From positions 372,001 to 436,000 of the forward strand of contig CATNEN010000037.1 of assembly GCA_950097015.1 (NCBI GenBank): a stretch of 64,000 nt of DNA, in the 5' to 3' direction. The translations under genes were made by a program, and so were the position numbers. Numbering within the stretch: the first letter of the stretch is position 1; each line of letters begins with the position of its first letter. Positions 23,601 through 35,168 of this stretch are shown here, piece by piece. The notes beneath the pieces were generated by a model. The model made no database searches. It was given only the letters and a program-made list of their open reading frames with translations, and had not been told where the DNA came from. This DNA comes from Macrostomum hystrix. Taxonomy: Eukaryota; Animalia; Platyhelminthes.

Positions 23601-26156
23601 GAGTTCTCATTCAATAGCTCCTGAGTTCTCATTCAATAGCTCCTGAGTTCTCAATCAATAGCTCCTGAGTTCTCATTCAATAGTTCCTGAGTTCTCATTC
23701 AATAGCTCCTGAGTTCTCATTCAATAGTTCCTGAGTTCTCATTCAATAGCTCCTGAGTTCTCATTCAATAGCTCCTGAGTTCTCATTCAATAGCTCCTGA
23801 GTTCTCAATCAATAGCTCCTGAGTTCTCATTCAATAGTTCCTGAGTTCTCATTCAATAGCTCCTGAGTTCTCATTCAATAGCTCCTGAGTTCTCATTCAA
23901 TAGCTCCTGAGTTCTCATTCAATAGCTCCTGAGTTCTCATTCAATAGCTCCTGAGTTCTCATTCAATAGCTCCTGAGTTCTCATTCAATAGCTCCTGAGT
24001 TCTCATTCAATAGCTCCTGAGTTCTCATTCAATAGCTCCTGAGTTCTCATTCAATAGCTCCTGAGTTCTCATTCCAACTCAATTACAAGTACATTATCTT
24101 AAGTTCAACGGAAGGTATCAACAAATCAGATAATTGTTTAATATTGCTCCCATCGCATTTCAGGAAGACATCAGACTCTGACATGATTTATCTTTGCATG
24201 ACATTCGCATTCACAAACTCCTGCGTTAATCCAATGATCTACGGTAAGGACTAACGTGAAATCATTTTACTGTTGATAATAGCTCTAGGAATATTGATTT
24301 GGTTTCATCGAAAATCTCAATTAATGGGTTTCCTTTATGCTGCTTTATAATTATATTTTAATTGCCAACCACATTGTTAGAAAAATACCAAAAACTCCTC
24401 ATTAAGGTTGGGATCATCAAACCAGATCCCTGAACCAACTCCATTGCACTAATGAAACCCAGATCCCAAATCCCAGATCCCAGATCTCAGATCCCAAACC
24501 CTGAACCATGCCTGCGAACCATAAACACGCAGGCATCCCAGATCCCAAATCCTGAACCAAAAACACGGCAGGCATCCCAGATCCCAAATCCTGAACCAAA
24601 AACACGCAGGCATCCCAGATCCCAAATCCTGAACCAAAAACACGCAGGCATCCCAGATCCCAAATCCTGAACCAAAAACACGGCAGGCATCCCAGATCCC
24701 AAATCCTGAACCAAAAACACGACAGGCATCCCAGATCCCCAGTCCTGAACCAAAAACACGGCAGGCATCCCAGATCCCAAATCCTGAACCAAAAACACGG
24801 CAGGCATCCCAGATCCCAAATCCTGAACCAAAAACACGACAGGCATCCCAGATCCCCAGTCCTGAACCAAAAACACGGCAGGCATCCCAGATCCCAAATC
24901 CTGAACCAAAAACACGCAGGCATCCCAGATCCCAAATCCTGAACCAAAAACACGCAGGCATCCCAGATCCCAAATCCTGAACCAAAAACACGGCAGGCAT
25001 CCCAGATCCCAAATCCTGAACCAAAAACACGACAGGCATCCCAGATCCCCAGTCCTGAACCAAAAACACGGCAGGCATCCCAGATCCCAAATCCTGAACC
25101 AAAAACACGGCAGGCATCCCAGATCCCAAATCCTGAACCAAAAACACGCAGGCATCCCAGATCCCAAATCCTGAACCAAAAACACGGCAGGCATCCCAGA
25201 TCCCAAATCCTGAACCATAAACACGGCAGGCATCCCAGATCCCAAATCCTTAACCAAAAACACGGCAGGCATCCCAGATCCCAAATCCTGAACCAAAAAC
25301 ACGCAGGCATCCCAGATCCCAAATCCTGAACCAAAAACACGCAGGCATCCCAGATCCCAAATCCTGAACCAAAAACACGCAGGCATCCCAGATCCCAAAT
25401 CCTGAACCAAAAACACGGCAGGCATCCCAGATCCCAAATCCTGAACCAAAAACACGCAGGCATCCCAGATCCCAAATCCTGAACCAAAAACACGACAGGC
25501 ATCCCAGATCCCAAATCCTGAACCAAAAACACGGCAGGCATCCCAGATCCCAAATCCTGAACCAAAAACACGGCAGGCATCCCAGATCCCCAGTCCTGAA
25601 CCAAAAACACGGCAGGCATCCCAGATCCCAAATCCTGAACCAAAAACACGCAGGCATGTTCACCAGGCAGTGTCGGAGTTGTCTCCGACAACTGCGGCCG
25701 CGGTCCGAGCAGCCTCTCGACTTGGTCGCCATCGAGTTGAACGCCGCAGCGGCAGCAGCAGCAGCGGCGGAGCGGGCAGCCGCGGCCAGGGGGCATCGTG
25801 GCCGAATCTGCAACAAAGACCTGGACCTGGACCTAGACGGAGGTCTAGACGAGAGCTTCTGTCCGCAACACGGCGCCATACGAGCATCACCAGTCTGGCA
25901 GCAGCGCAGTCGCCGGCGTCGACAGCGGCACGGTCGGGCAGGCTTCGGCTCCGACGAGACGCCGACAGGAGCGCGGCGCGAGGAGAGACCAGCCGAGGAG
26001 GACCGAATGGCGTCAGAGGGCGAAAGAAATCCTCCGGCTGCTGCTGACAGCGCTGATGCCCGAGGACGTCGGCTCGTGCGGAACGACTTTCACAGCAGCC
26101 TGGGGCACAGCGGCTGCTCCACCTCGTCCGCAGTTGCCGCAGATTGGGCCTGCTAG
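13454..26156 (+). CDS. GnRH/AKH/corazonin-superfamily class A GPCR. Exons: 13454-13465 (tentative first), 16121-16783, 19689-19911, 20746-20934, 21764-21848, 24164-24243, 25654-26156
   Basis: Seven TMs assembled in phase: LIGN (TM1), LCLADL (TM2), [27 protein letters not shown] (TM3), CSLPQ (TM4), YGLPL..CYSRI (TM5), [18 protein letters not shown] (TM6), [12 protein letters not shown] (TM7). FGLYLSSF and TLRMTITIV are typical of AKH/GnRH-type receptors. There is no in-frame ATG in the 16121 exon, so an upstream exon is needed; ATG ATT AAC AGT|GTAAGT at 13454 is phase-compatible, but this first exon is lower confidence. Confidence 0.88.
13790..14275. repeat. Minisatellite, 21-bp unit
   Basis: (CACCTGTCAACTATTACATAT)n. 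Confidence 0.92.
14495..14870 (-). mobile_element. tRNA-headed SINE family A, full-length copy with tail type 2
   Basis: On the minus strand: A-box-like TGGCAGAGTGG, B-box-like GAGCTCGATTC, body GCAGCCGCGGAGAGAAGGCTT...CTGACGATGAGAAAGTCAG...GAGTCAGCGAAATGG, then tail GCAGAATTGCCTCCTCGCTGGC. Homologous to 33595-34010. Confidence 0.8.
15515..16020. repeat. Minisatellite, ~23-bp G/T-rich unit
   Basis: (GAGGTGTCAGGGTAGGGGTGTGT)n. Confidence 0.9.
16826..17520. repeat. G-rich simple repeat (GCTGG/GGTGG-based)
   Basis: Starts ~40 bp after the donor at 16784. Confidence 0.9.
18945..19259. repeat. Minisatellite, 22-bp unit containing AGCCAATCAG
   Basis: (AGACGAGCAGCTAGCCAATCAG)n, ~14 copies. Confidence 0.95.
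19390..19630 (-). mobile_element. Degenerate CORE-type SINE family B in GPCR intron 2
   Basis: Minus-strand GGTCGGGGGTTCGAATCC (B box), a decayed CORE-like segment and a decayed tail 1 (GGACTGGACAATGTACACAGCC...CATCTGGCCCCAA). Confidence 0.55.
20160..20726. repeat. Interrupted (CTA)n microsatellite
   Basis: CTA runs with CTG/CAT interruptions, ending ~20 bp before the acceptor at 20745. Confidence 0.95.
20953..21385. repeat. Minisatellite, 23-bp unit containing GTGAGT
   Basis: (GTGATTGTGAGTTTATGGYGTCA)n. Confidence 0.95.
21878..24074. repeat. Minisatellite, 22-bp unit, ~100 copies
   Basis: (AATAGCTCCTGAGTTCTCAWTC)n. Confidence 0.97.
24455..25657. repeat. Minisatellite, 38/39-bp unit, spanning the last splice acceptor of the GPCR
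   Basis: (GCATCCCAGATCCCAAATCCTGAACCAAAAACACG[G]CAG)n; the last unit runs into the exon at 25654. Confidence 0.95.
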
Positions 26157-26401
26157 CAAACGCAATCGGTTGGGTGATCATTTGCATCCGGGGACAATCT
26201 TTTCACAGGCAAACTTTTTTTCCAGATTCAACAATTAAAAATCAACTCAGAGCGTCTACACTTCTGACTTCTGACTACAATAGTAACTTAGATTGTTGCT
26301 GAGTCTTTGTCCTACATATAGTTTTAGCATGCTTTTTATAGTACTTTTTTACTTTTGACGGTTAAAAAGATGTTGCAAAATCTAATTTATGCGACTGCAT
26401 G

Positions 26402-27577
26402 CTCTAGTTCACTCTCATTCTGTGTCACTCCAGCAGTCTAGTTCACTCTCATTCTGTGTCACTCCAGCAGTCTAGTTCACTCTCATTCTGTGTCACTCCA
26501 GCAGTCTAGTTCACTCTCATTCTGTGTCACTCCAGCAGTCTAGTTCACTCTCATTCTGTGTCACTCCAGCAGTCTAGTTCACTCTCATTCTGTGTCACTC
26601 CAGCAGTCTAGTTCACTCTCATTCTGTGTCACTCCAGCAGTCTAGTTCACTCTCATTCTGTCACTCCAGCAGTCTAGTTCACTCTCATTCTGTGTCACTC
26701 CAGCAGTCTAGTTCACTCTCATTCTGTGTCACTCCAGCAGTCTAGTTCACTCTCATTCTGTGTCACTCCAGCAGTCTAGTTCACTCTCATTCTGTGTCAC
26801 TCCAGCAGTCTAGTTCACTCTCATTCTGTGTCACTCCAGCAGTCTAGTTCACTCTCATTCTGTGTCACTCCAGCAGTCTAGTTCACTCTCATTCTGTGTC
26901 ACTCCAGCAGTCTAGTTCACTCTCATTCTGTGTCACTCCAGCAGTCTAGTTCACTCTCATTCTGTGTCACTCCAGCAGTCTAGTTCACTCTCATTCTGTG
27001 TCACTCCAGCAGTCTAGTTCACTCTCATTCTGTGTCACTCCAGCAGTCTAGTTCACTCTCATTCTGTGTCACTCCAGCAGTCTAGTTCACTCTCATTCTG
27101 TGTCACTCCAGCAGTCTAGTTCACTCTCATTCTGTGTCACTCCAGCAGTCTAGTTCACTCTCATTCTGTGTCACTCCAGCAGTCTAGTTCACTCTCATTC
27201 TGTGTCACTCCAGCAGTCTAGTTCACTCTCATTCTGTGTCACTCCAGCAGTCTAGTTCACTCTCATTCTGTGTCACTCCAGCAGTCTAGTTCACTCTCAT
27301 TCTGTGTCACTCCAGCAGTCTAGTTCACTCTCATTCTGTGTCACTCCAGCAGTCTAGTTCACTCTCATTCTGTGTCACTCCAGCAGTCTAGTTCACTCTC
27401 ATTCTGTGTCACTCCAGCAGTCTAGTTCACTCTCATTCTGTCACTCCAGCAGTCTAGTTCACTCTCATTCTGTGTCACTCCAGCAGTCTAGTTCACTGTC
27501 ATTCTGTGTCACTCCAGCAGTCTAGTTCACTCTCATTCTGTGTCACTCCAGCAGTCTAGTTCACTCTCATTCTGTCA
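26402..27577. repeat. Highly homogeneous minisatellite, 34-bp unit
   Basis: (CTAGTTCACTCTCATTCTGTGTCACTCCAGCAGT)n; no spacers. Confidence 0.97.
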
Positions 27578-28967
27578 TTTTTATCCTATTGTCGAGCTTA
27601 CTCGTACGAGGGAATTCGGCATTACTAGTAGACAACTGTGCTCACACAAAATTAGTTTTAATATTTCTTTTAGTTACTGTACGAGTAGTGCTCACTAGCA
27701 GTACAATCGAGTCAAACATCGTTTGCGATCTAGCGGCTGCTCCTAATGCACTGGTTAGACATTTTCGATGCAGATGCAGAGATTTAATAACACTACGAGT
27801 ACGGCTTGCATCGAAAGCGAAAGAGTCAGAGTTTGGAGACTCAAATCCCCTGGGGAGGCGCCCAGCAGTGAACTCATGGACAGTGGAATGAAGCGGAGTA
27901 ATCGGCCTAGAATCTCACTCGTGTTTTCATTCCTCATCTCTTTTGAGTTTGATCTGTAAGCCGGCTCAAAATTTCATCCTACAGCATAGGTGATGAAGAC
28001 GGTTGTTGGGGCTCGCGTTAGAAGTCGGACCCATGAGTAGGGAATCGGATAAGAGGAGAGGACGGGCACAGGAGATGTTAACTGGATTTGTTCCATCGAA
28101 AATTTCTTTTGAAAACGGACCGAGTCTTTCCTCTTTCCTTCCCTCGCCTTGTTCTGTCTGCTTTGGAGTTCAAATGGGACGAGATATGCGGAGAATGCAT
28201 CGAGAGAAAATTATGATCTCACAGTCCCCCCGAAGGTCCAGCAGAGCTGTTGTAGGCTTTGCAGACTCGGAGAAATGTGATCTCGCTTCGACACGGTCAA
28301 ATTGCGCCAACCGACACGCGCTCAGTTGTAAACCGACAGTCGCCAAGTACTCGTAAATCTCACAAGACCAGAAATTATATGTGAAGCGAATGCTTAACAG
28401 TTTTTTTAGTCTCCAAGTCTTCATAACATAAACAAAAAATTACAGGCAACGCATCGTTTTGAGACAGGTGGGGACCCCTGATAGGTTTCACAGACACAAC
28501 TACCACATGTGTCTACGAATGCATCTGTACAGACATACGAGCTAGTCAGGCAGTGTCTCACTGTGCCTTGTGGGTAGGCCTTAACGAGCAGAAAAAAATT
28601 AGTTTAGTAGATTTCTCCCCTTGGCGAAAGACCTCGGATATTTCAACTACCCACTGCCTGCTTCATGATAGCCCCCAAACCGAATGACCGATTTTCGGCA
28701 AAGTCCATCATATGGATCAATATTTTTCGCCCTTAACGACGAACTGACTTTCAAAGCCGTCTGACGTCAGCATAGTCGAGATATTCAAAGATTCTTGTCG
28801 AGTGGCAAGGACAACTAACATTGCTCTGCATGAACCTCGACTATGGAAAATCTATATTGCTTCGATAATATAATAGTCAACAATTATTGCGGACATGATT
28901 ACTTTATGAAACTTTTAAAGCTGAATTGAGTCTTCGCAGTAAGACACCGTCTTTACGGCTAAGAGGT

Positions 28968-29395
28968 TGTACCCTAGTGGTTAGGGCGTCGGACTCACGA
29001 CTTGAAGGTCGGGGGTTCGATTCCCGACTCCACTGGAACAATTTGTGTCCTTTAGAAAGACACTTAACTCTGCATTGCTTCAGTTCACCCAGCTGTTAAA
29101 ATGGGTACCAGCATTGGCTGGGGTAATTGAGGGTGGGTATCGCGTATCCCAGTCCATGGTGTTGTGAATGGCCTATATGTGCACATCTGCTCATAGTGTA
29201 CCCATATAATCGATGTACGAGTGACGTTCAAGAATATATAAGCACGCTCTCGCTACGCCTTTGGTTAACTTGACTCAGCCTCGCCTCGCTTATTTGGCTA
29301 GCAGCCACAACACATCGACTGAACTTCAGATGCGCCACGCAATAGCTGCGGCTGTGCTGTCGGCTGCACATCTGGCCCAATTGGGGCAGGTGTAA
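28968..29395 (+). mobile_element. tRNA-headed CORE-type SINE (family B) with tail type 1
   Basis: TAGTGGTTAGGGCG (A box) and GGTTCGATTCCC (B box), then CORE-like TGTGTCCTTTAGAAAGACACTTAAC...CACCCAGCTGTTAAAATGGGTACC and CAGTCCATGG. After an interruption comes tail 1 (CACGCAATAGCTGCGGCTGTGCTGTCGGCTGCACATCTGGCCCAATTGGGGCAGGTGTAA). Confidence 0.78.
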
Positions 29396-30212
29396 TAAAT
29401 TATTATTAAATATTATTAATAATAAAGCAGAAAAAATGCTTGTGGTTTTTGCCACCAGAAACCCCTGCGAGAATCGTTGAATATCTCGACAATGCCGATT
29501 GGTTGAAAATGTTTGGAAAAAATGAAATGTGGGTACTTGAAATACCCCCTGGTCTGTCTACTATTAAAGGATTTGTGTCATCTAAGAAAAAATGTGTCAA
29601 AGTAGTTCGGCTCTCGACAGCTGCGGCCAAGTTGTCGACGACAGATAAAAATATTCTCCCAGGATGTAGGGAACGGACCGATGGCGCCTATAGTCAAGGA
29701 GAATTTGAATCCGAATTTAATCAGCTCGGGTCGGAGAGAAACTTATCAGTGGAGGGGGCATTCGAACCGGTTCCAAGTCAACTCAAGCGTGAGTGAAGGG
29801 GGAAAGAGAGGCCGAGGAAAGGACTGGCGAAGCTGCGCATTGCGCTGCCTAGTTAAGAAGTTCAAGTGATTGTCAGCTAGCTACATCGTGAACTAGACCT
29901 ACGAGCTGTAGTAACTCAATCGACCTCTAGAGCCACTAGAAGAATCGACGCTGACTCTTCGTCAGACGATGCATTGCATTGATATTTACCGCTTCCGTTT
30001 GCCAAATAAATACGTACGTAAGAAACTAATCTCCTGCGGAAATAGAATTAAAATTCATAGAATGGCCTACGAACAAATCAAATTACGTCATAGTGACGCA
30101 AAAATCAAACGTTACTCACAGTGGGGTCAAAGTTATCGACAGAAGATTGCCCAATTAGCGACACATGGCATTTCAATAATCGTTGGAAGTAAATCAAAAT
30201 GAATAGGATGTT

Positions 30213-30410
30213 TTGCAGGAGGGCTGCGGGCAATGGCACATCAATTGGTAACACTAGACCCGCAGCCAGCGAGGGGGCAATTCTGCCCATTTCGCTGACT
30301 CCTGAGCACACACGCACACAGATACCGTACGCAGGAACACAAAACACAAACACACACAGGTGTGTACATATGTCCAGACTTACTCATCGTGAGGCAGTGT
30401 ACACTTTCAC
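30213..30410 (-). mobile_element. Partial SINE-A (body plus tail 2)
   Basis: Matches 14495-14690 and 5993-6090 (GGCTGCGGGCAATGGCACATC...GACCCGCAGCCAGCGAGG...CGCTGACTCCTGAGCACACA). Confidence 0.75.
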
Positions 30411-31339
30411 ACACCAAGTTACCATTGGAAGAAAATCATAGCAATCACAATTATAATTATCGTCACTAATACCAGCACAGTAACACCGAAGCCAGCCACA
30501 TGGTCCCAATTATTGTACCCACAGTTGTCAAGGGCAGTCGGAAAAACTAGAGCACTCTTTTATATTAATTTTTCATTGCCAAGTTTTCATAAGCCAATTG
30601 AGGAAACAACGATTTTTTATTCAATAATTAAACTGGCAAATTAAAAAACAAGGCTGTGTTTGATAAATATACCAATGAACAAGTGTGTATAATTGCCCTT
30701 TCATCCGGGTTTGTTCAGATTTTGGGAAATCAAATTGCTGGCGTTAATTAGGAAAATTTTTATTTAGAAAAAGTCCAACTGATAACTAAGGCAGGACAGC
30801 TATTTTTAAAGCAGTTTTCGTTCATTGTGAAAAAAAACAAGACAATGCGACTGACTACCGCGTACAAAAGGGATGTCAAATGATTTAATTTTTTAACTAA
30901 GCTTTCTAAGCCTGATACATTCAGGTGAGTTATCCCATATATAGCCCATGTAATAGGCCCAGTGAATCCGACAGCGGATTAACAAGCGATGCAGATTGAC
31001 TCAAAGCATGGCTGAGCAGGCATAGAGACATCCTTAGCTACAGAGAGGGCTGGTAAGACAGATAGATTCTCAAGAGCACGATCTCATGTAGCTGATGCGA
31101 TTACAGCTCGGTAAAACCTCCGCCATCCACACCCAAAACGCTATAGGATAACTGTTTCCTAGCGGAAGAATAGACACGCGGAAAATATCTAAATGGCTGA
31201 ACTGAGCCGGATTAAACTGCAATTATGATATATAGGCAGACAGAGAAGCGGGCACGAGCATTCTGTCTACAATGTCTTCATGAAGCATTCAGACACCGAG
31301 CGCTTATTTAGATATCCCTTTCAAAAATAGAATAAAAAA

Positions 31340-33250
31340 ATATGAATAATTTCTGTAAGAAGAAACAAAATATGACCAATTTCTGTAAGAAGAATCAAGA
31401 GATGACCAATTTCTGTAAGAAGAACCAAGAGATGACCAATTTCTGTTAGAAGAACCAAGAGATGACCAATTTCTGTAAGAAGAACCAAGAGATGACCAAT
31501 TTCTGTAAGAAGAATCAAGAGATGACCAATTTCTGTTAGAAGAACCAAGAGATGACCAATTTCTGTTAGAAGAACCAAGAGGTGACCAATTTCTGTTAGA
31601 AGAACCAAGAGGTGACCAATTTCTGTAAGAAGAACCAAGAGATGACCAATTTCTGTAAGAAGAACCAAGAGATGACCAATTTCTGTTAGAAGAACCAAGA
31701 GATGACCAATTTCTGTTAGAAGAACCAAGAGATGACCAATTTCTGTAAGAAGAATCAAGAGATGACTAATTTCTGTAAGAAGAATCAAGAGATGACCAAT
31801 TTCTGTAAGAAGAACCAAGAAATGACCAATTTCTGTTAGAAGAACCAAGAGGTGACCAATTTCTGTTAGAAGAACCAAGAGGTGACCAATTTCTGTAAGA
31901 AGAACCAAGAGGTGACCAATTTCTGTTAGAAGAACGAAGAGATGACCAATTTCTGTAACAAGAACCAAGAGATGACCAATTTCTGTAAGAAGAACCAAGA
32001 GGTGACCAATTTCTGTAAGAAGAATCAAGAGATGACCAATTTCTGTAAGAAGAATCAAGAGATGACCAATTTCTGTAAGAAGAACCAAGAGATGACCAAT
32101 TTCTGTTAGAAGAACCAAGAGATGACCAATTTCTGTTAGAAGAACCAAGAGGTGACCAATTTCTGTTAGAAGAACCAAGAGGTGACCAATTTCTGTAAGA
32201 AGAATCAAGAGATGACCAATTTCTGTAAGAAGAATCAAGAGATGACCAATTTCTGTAAGAAGAATCAAGAGATGACCAATTTCTGTAAGAAGAACCAAGA
32301 GATGACCAATTTCTGTTAGAAGAAACAAGAGATTACCAATTTCTGTTAGAAGAACGAAGAGATGACCAATTTCTGTAACAAGAACCAAGAGATGACCAAT
32401 TTCTGTTAGAAGAACGAAGAGATGACCAATTTCTGTAAGAAGAATCAAGAGAGGACCAATTTCTGTAAGAAGAACCAAGAGATGACCAATTTCTGTTAGA
32501 AGAACCAAGAGATGACCAATTTCTGTTAGAAGAACCAAGAGATGACCAATTTCTGTAAGAAGAATCAAGAGATGACCAATTTCTGTTAGAAGAACCAAGA
32601 GATGACCAATTTCTGTTAGAAGAACCAAGAGGTGACCAATTTCTGTTAGAAGAACCAAGAGGTGACCAATTTCTGTAAGAAGAATCAAGAGATGACCAAT
32701 TTCTGTAAGAAGAATCAAGAGATGACCAATTTCTGTAAGAAGAACCAAGAGGTGACCAATTTCTGTAAGAAGAACCAAGAGGTGACCAATTTCTGTAAGA
32801 AGAATCAAGAGGTGACCAATTTCTGTAAGAAGAATCAAGAGATGACCAATTTCTGTTAGAAGAACCAAGAGATGACCAATTTCTGTTAGAAGAACCAAGA
32901 GGTGACCAATTTCTGTTAGAAGAACCAAGAGGTGACCAATTTCTGTAAGAAGAATCAAGAGATGACCAATTTCTGTAAGAAGAATCAAGAGATGACCAAT
33001 TTCTGTAAGAAGAACCAAGAGGTGACCAATTTCTGTAAGAAGAACCAAGAGGTGACCAATTTCTGTAAGAAGAACCAAGAGGTGACCAATTTCTGTAAGA
33101 AGAATCAAGAGATGACCAATTTCTGTTAGAAGAACCAAGAGATGACCAATTTCTGTAAGAAGAACCAAGAGATGACCTATTTCTGTTAGAAGAATCAAGA
33201 GATGACCAATTTCTGTTCGAAGAATCAAGAGATGATCAATTTCTGTAAGA
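31340..33250. repeat. Minisatellite, 30-bp unit, ~63 copies
   Basis: (GATGACCAATTTCTGTWAGAAGAAYCAAGA)n. Confidence 0.97.
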
Positions 33251-33594
33251 AAATATAAATACTGAGATTACAGACCAGAATCAGTCACTTACAGTTTGTA
33301 AGACACGTTTACTATTCACAAAGCCATTTGCATTACGAAATTGGGTTAACGAAGGCTTTATCATCATACAATGAGCTCCAGTACAAATTATTTTTTAATT
33401 CTCACAAAAAATTGTAGTGAATAAAGTAAAACAGACTATGATATGCGTTTAAATTGCAAGCAAAACTTACTGTCTTATACTCGTACACGACTTTGCTTTT
33501 AGCTAAAAGTGAGCTGAAAGTGCATTATAAAAAACAGCGAAGCATACATGTTCTTTAAAGTCATGATTGTGATTAAATATTTAATAAAAATGCG

Positions 33595-34010
33595 GGTTTG
33601 CAGCCAGGGGGTGAAAAGCAGAGCCGTCTAACGCGTGTGCCTCCCGCGCCAGGGTCCCTGAGCTCGATTCCGCGGCGAGGCCGCATGCATTTGGGGTGCA
33701 GCCGCGGAGAGAAGGCTTGGGGGCTTGTCATGCAATTTACGCCAATGAGGGCCAACCTCAAAGGCAAAGTGAGAGTGTACACTGCCTGACGATGAGAAAG
33801 TCAGGGCAGATGTACACACCTGTGTGAGCGTGTGACTGCGTAGAGTATCTATGTGCGTGTGTGCTTAAGAGTCAGCGGAATGGACACCCTGTCCATGGAC
33901 TGAACAGCTGTACGCTCGTACGCAGCCTTCGTTTGCACTGCGTAATAGCTACGGGTGGCTGTCGGCTGCACATGTGGCCTAATTGGGCCAGGTGTAATTA
34001 AATATTACTC
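33595..34010 (+). mobile_element. tRNA-headed SINE family A, full-length copy with tail type 1
   Basis: Same head and body as 14495-14870, but the tail is CCATGGACTGAACAGCTGTACG...GCTGTCGGCTGCACATGTGGCCTAATTGGGCCAGGTGTAA followed by AT-rich sequence. Confidence 0.8.
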
Positions 34011-34534
34011 TTATTTCAATTAAAAAACTTGGTATAACTACTCATAGAAGCACAGCGAAAATAGAAAAAACATAAAGCAATACTACTAACTAATGAGTAG
34101 CAAGTAATAGAAAAAGTTGCGAGAAAATATAATAAATAAATAATATAAACAGACTAGGTAGGAATTCGAATGAGGTCCGCCGAGTCCAACTGTCAGACAA
34201 AAATTGCATTGCAATAATAATAAAAACTTCGTCGAACTAAACTGTCACAAATAACTACTGGACGCTAGAGTCAGTACTGAGTCGCGAATATTTCACGCAA
34301 CACTTGAGATTATGAAAAACACAGATAAAATAACAAGCTAAATTTTTTATTAAAGCCTAAATAAAATTGCGCTGCACTGTGCGAATAAAACATTGGCATA
34401 TTGCACATAGGACGCTGGGCGATGACGTCGCAGTCACGTGTCCCGCCATGTACTATAAGCATGTAGAAGCTATGATTCTTGTTTTAGATTGGGATATGTA
34501 AAAGGGTTTTGTGTGATCTGCGAGAGCCATTAAC

Positions 34535-35030
34535 AAAGGGATTTGGAAGAGTGGATTAACATAGGGATTTGGAAGAGTGGATTAACATAGGGATTTGGAA
34601 GAGTGGATTAACATAGGGATTTGGAAGAGTGGATTAACATAGGGATTTGGAAGAGTGGATTAACATAGGGATTTGGAAGAGTGGATTAACATAGGGATTT
34701 GGAAGAGTGGATTAACATAGGGATTTGGAAGAGTGGATTAACATAGGGATTTGGAAGAGTGGATTAACATAGGGATTTGGAAGAGTGGATTAACAAAGGG
34801 ATTTGGAAGAGTGGATTAACATAGGGATTTGGAAGAGTGGATTAACATAGGGATTTGGAAGAGTGGATTAACATAGGGATTTGGAAGAGTGGATTAACAT
34901 AGGGATTTGGAAGAGTGGATTTACATATGGATTTGGAAGAGGGATTATTATAGGGATCTGGGAGAGAAGATTAACAGGGATTTGGAAGAGTGGATTAACA
35001 TAGGGATCTGCAGAGTGGATTAACACAGGG
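34535..35030. repeat. Minisatellite, 26-bp unit
   Basis: (GGGATTTGGAAGAGTGGATTAACATA)n. Confidence 0.95.
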
Positions 35031-35168
35031 ATCTTTTATACAGAATTTACATCTAGGTAATAATTACCTTGTAAAGGTTGGTTAACTGAGTATCTAAGTA
35101 AAAATGTATACAAAAAAGAAGAACCAAGCAACTTAACAATACTTTAAAGCCATCGTATCGCAGTCAGA

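Noticed and set aside
24417-25879. Several long minus-strand ORFs
   Set aside because: They are antisense translations of the 38/39-bp repeat and of the GC-rich GPCR last exon.
26402-27577. CRISPR-like 34-bp repeats
   Set aside because: Units are directly adjacent with no unique spacers, there are no cas genes, and the context is eukaryotic.
27589-28424. Cluster of short overlapping ORFs
   Set aside because: No recognisable motif and no consistent splice model; left unassigned.
28968-29035. Functional tRNA gene (also 19553-19625 and the SINE-A heads)
   Set aside because: A and B boxes are present, but no complete cloverleaf can be drawn, and they continue directly into SINE bodies.
31321-33228. 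635-aa ORF of LLVLLTEIGH repeats
   Set aside because: It is the translation of a 30-bp minisatellite whose unit is a multiple of 3 and stop-free on one strand. It has no ATG start and no unique coding flanks.
33786-33804. Hammerhead ribozyme (CUGACGA...GAAA) in SINE-A
   Set aside because: Only three bases (UGA) separate CUGACGA from GAAA, leaving no room for stem II; the segment folds better as a simple hairpin.
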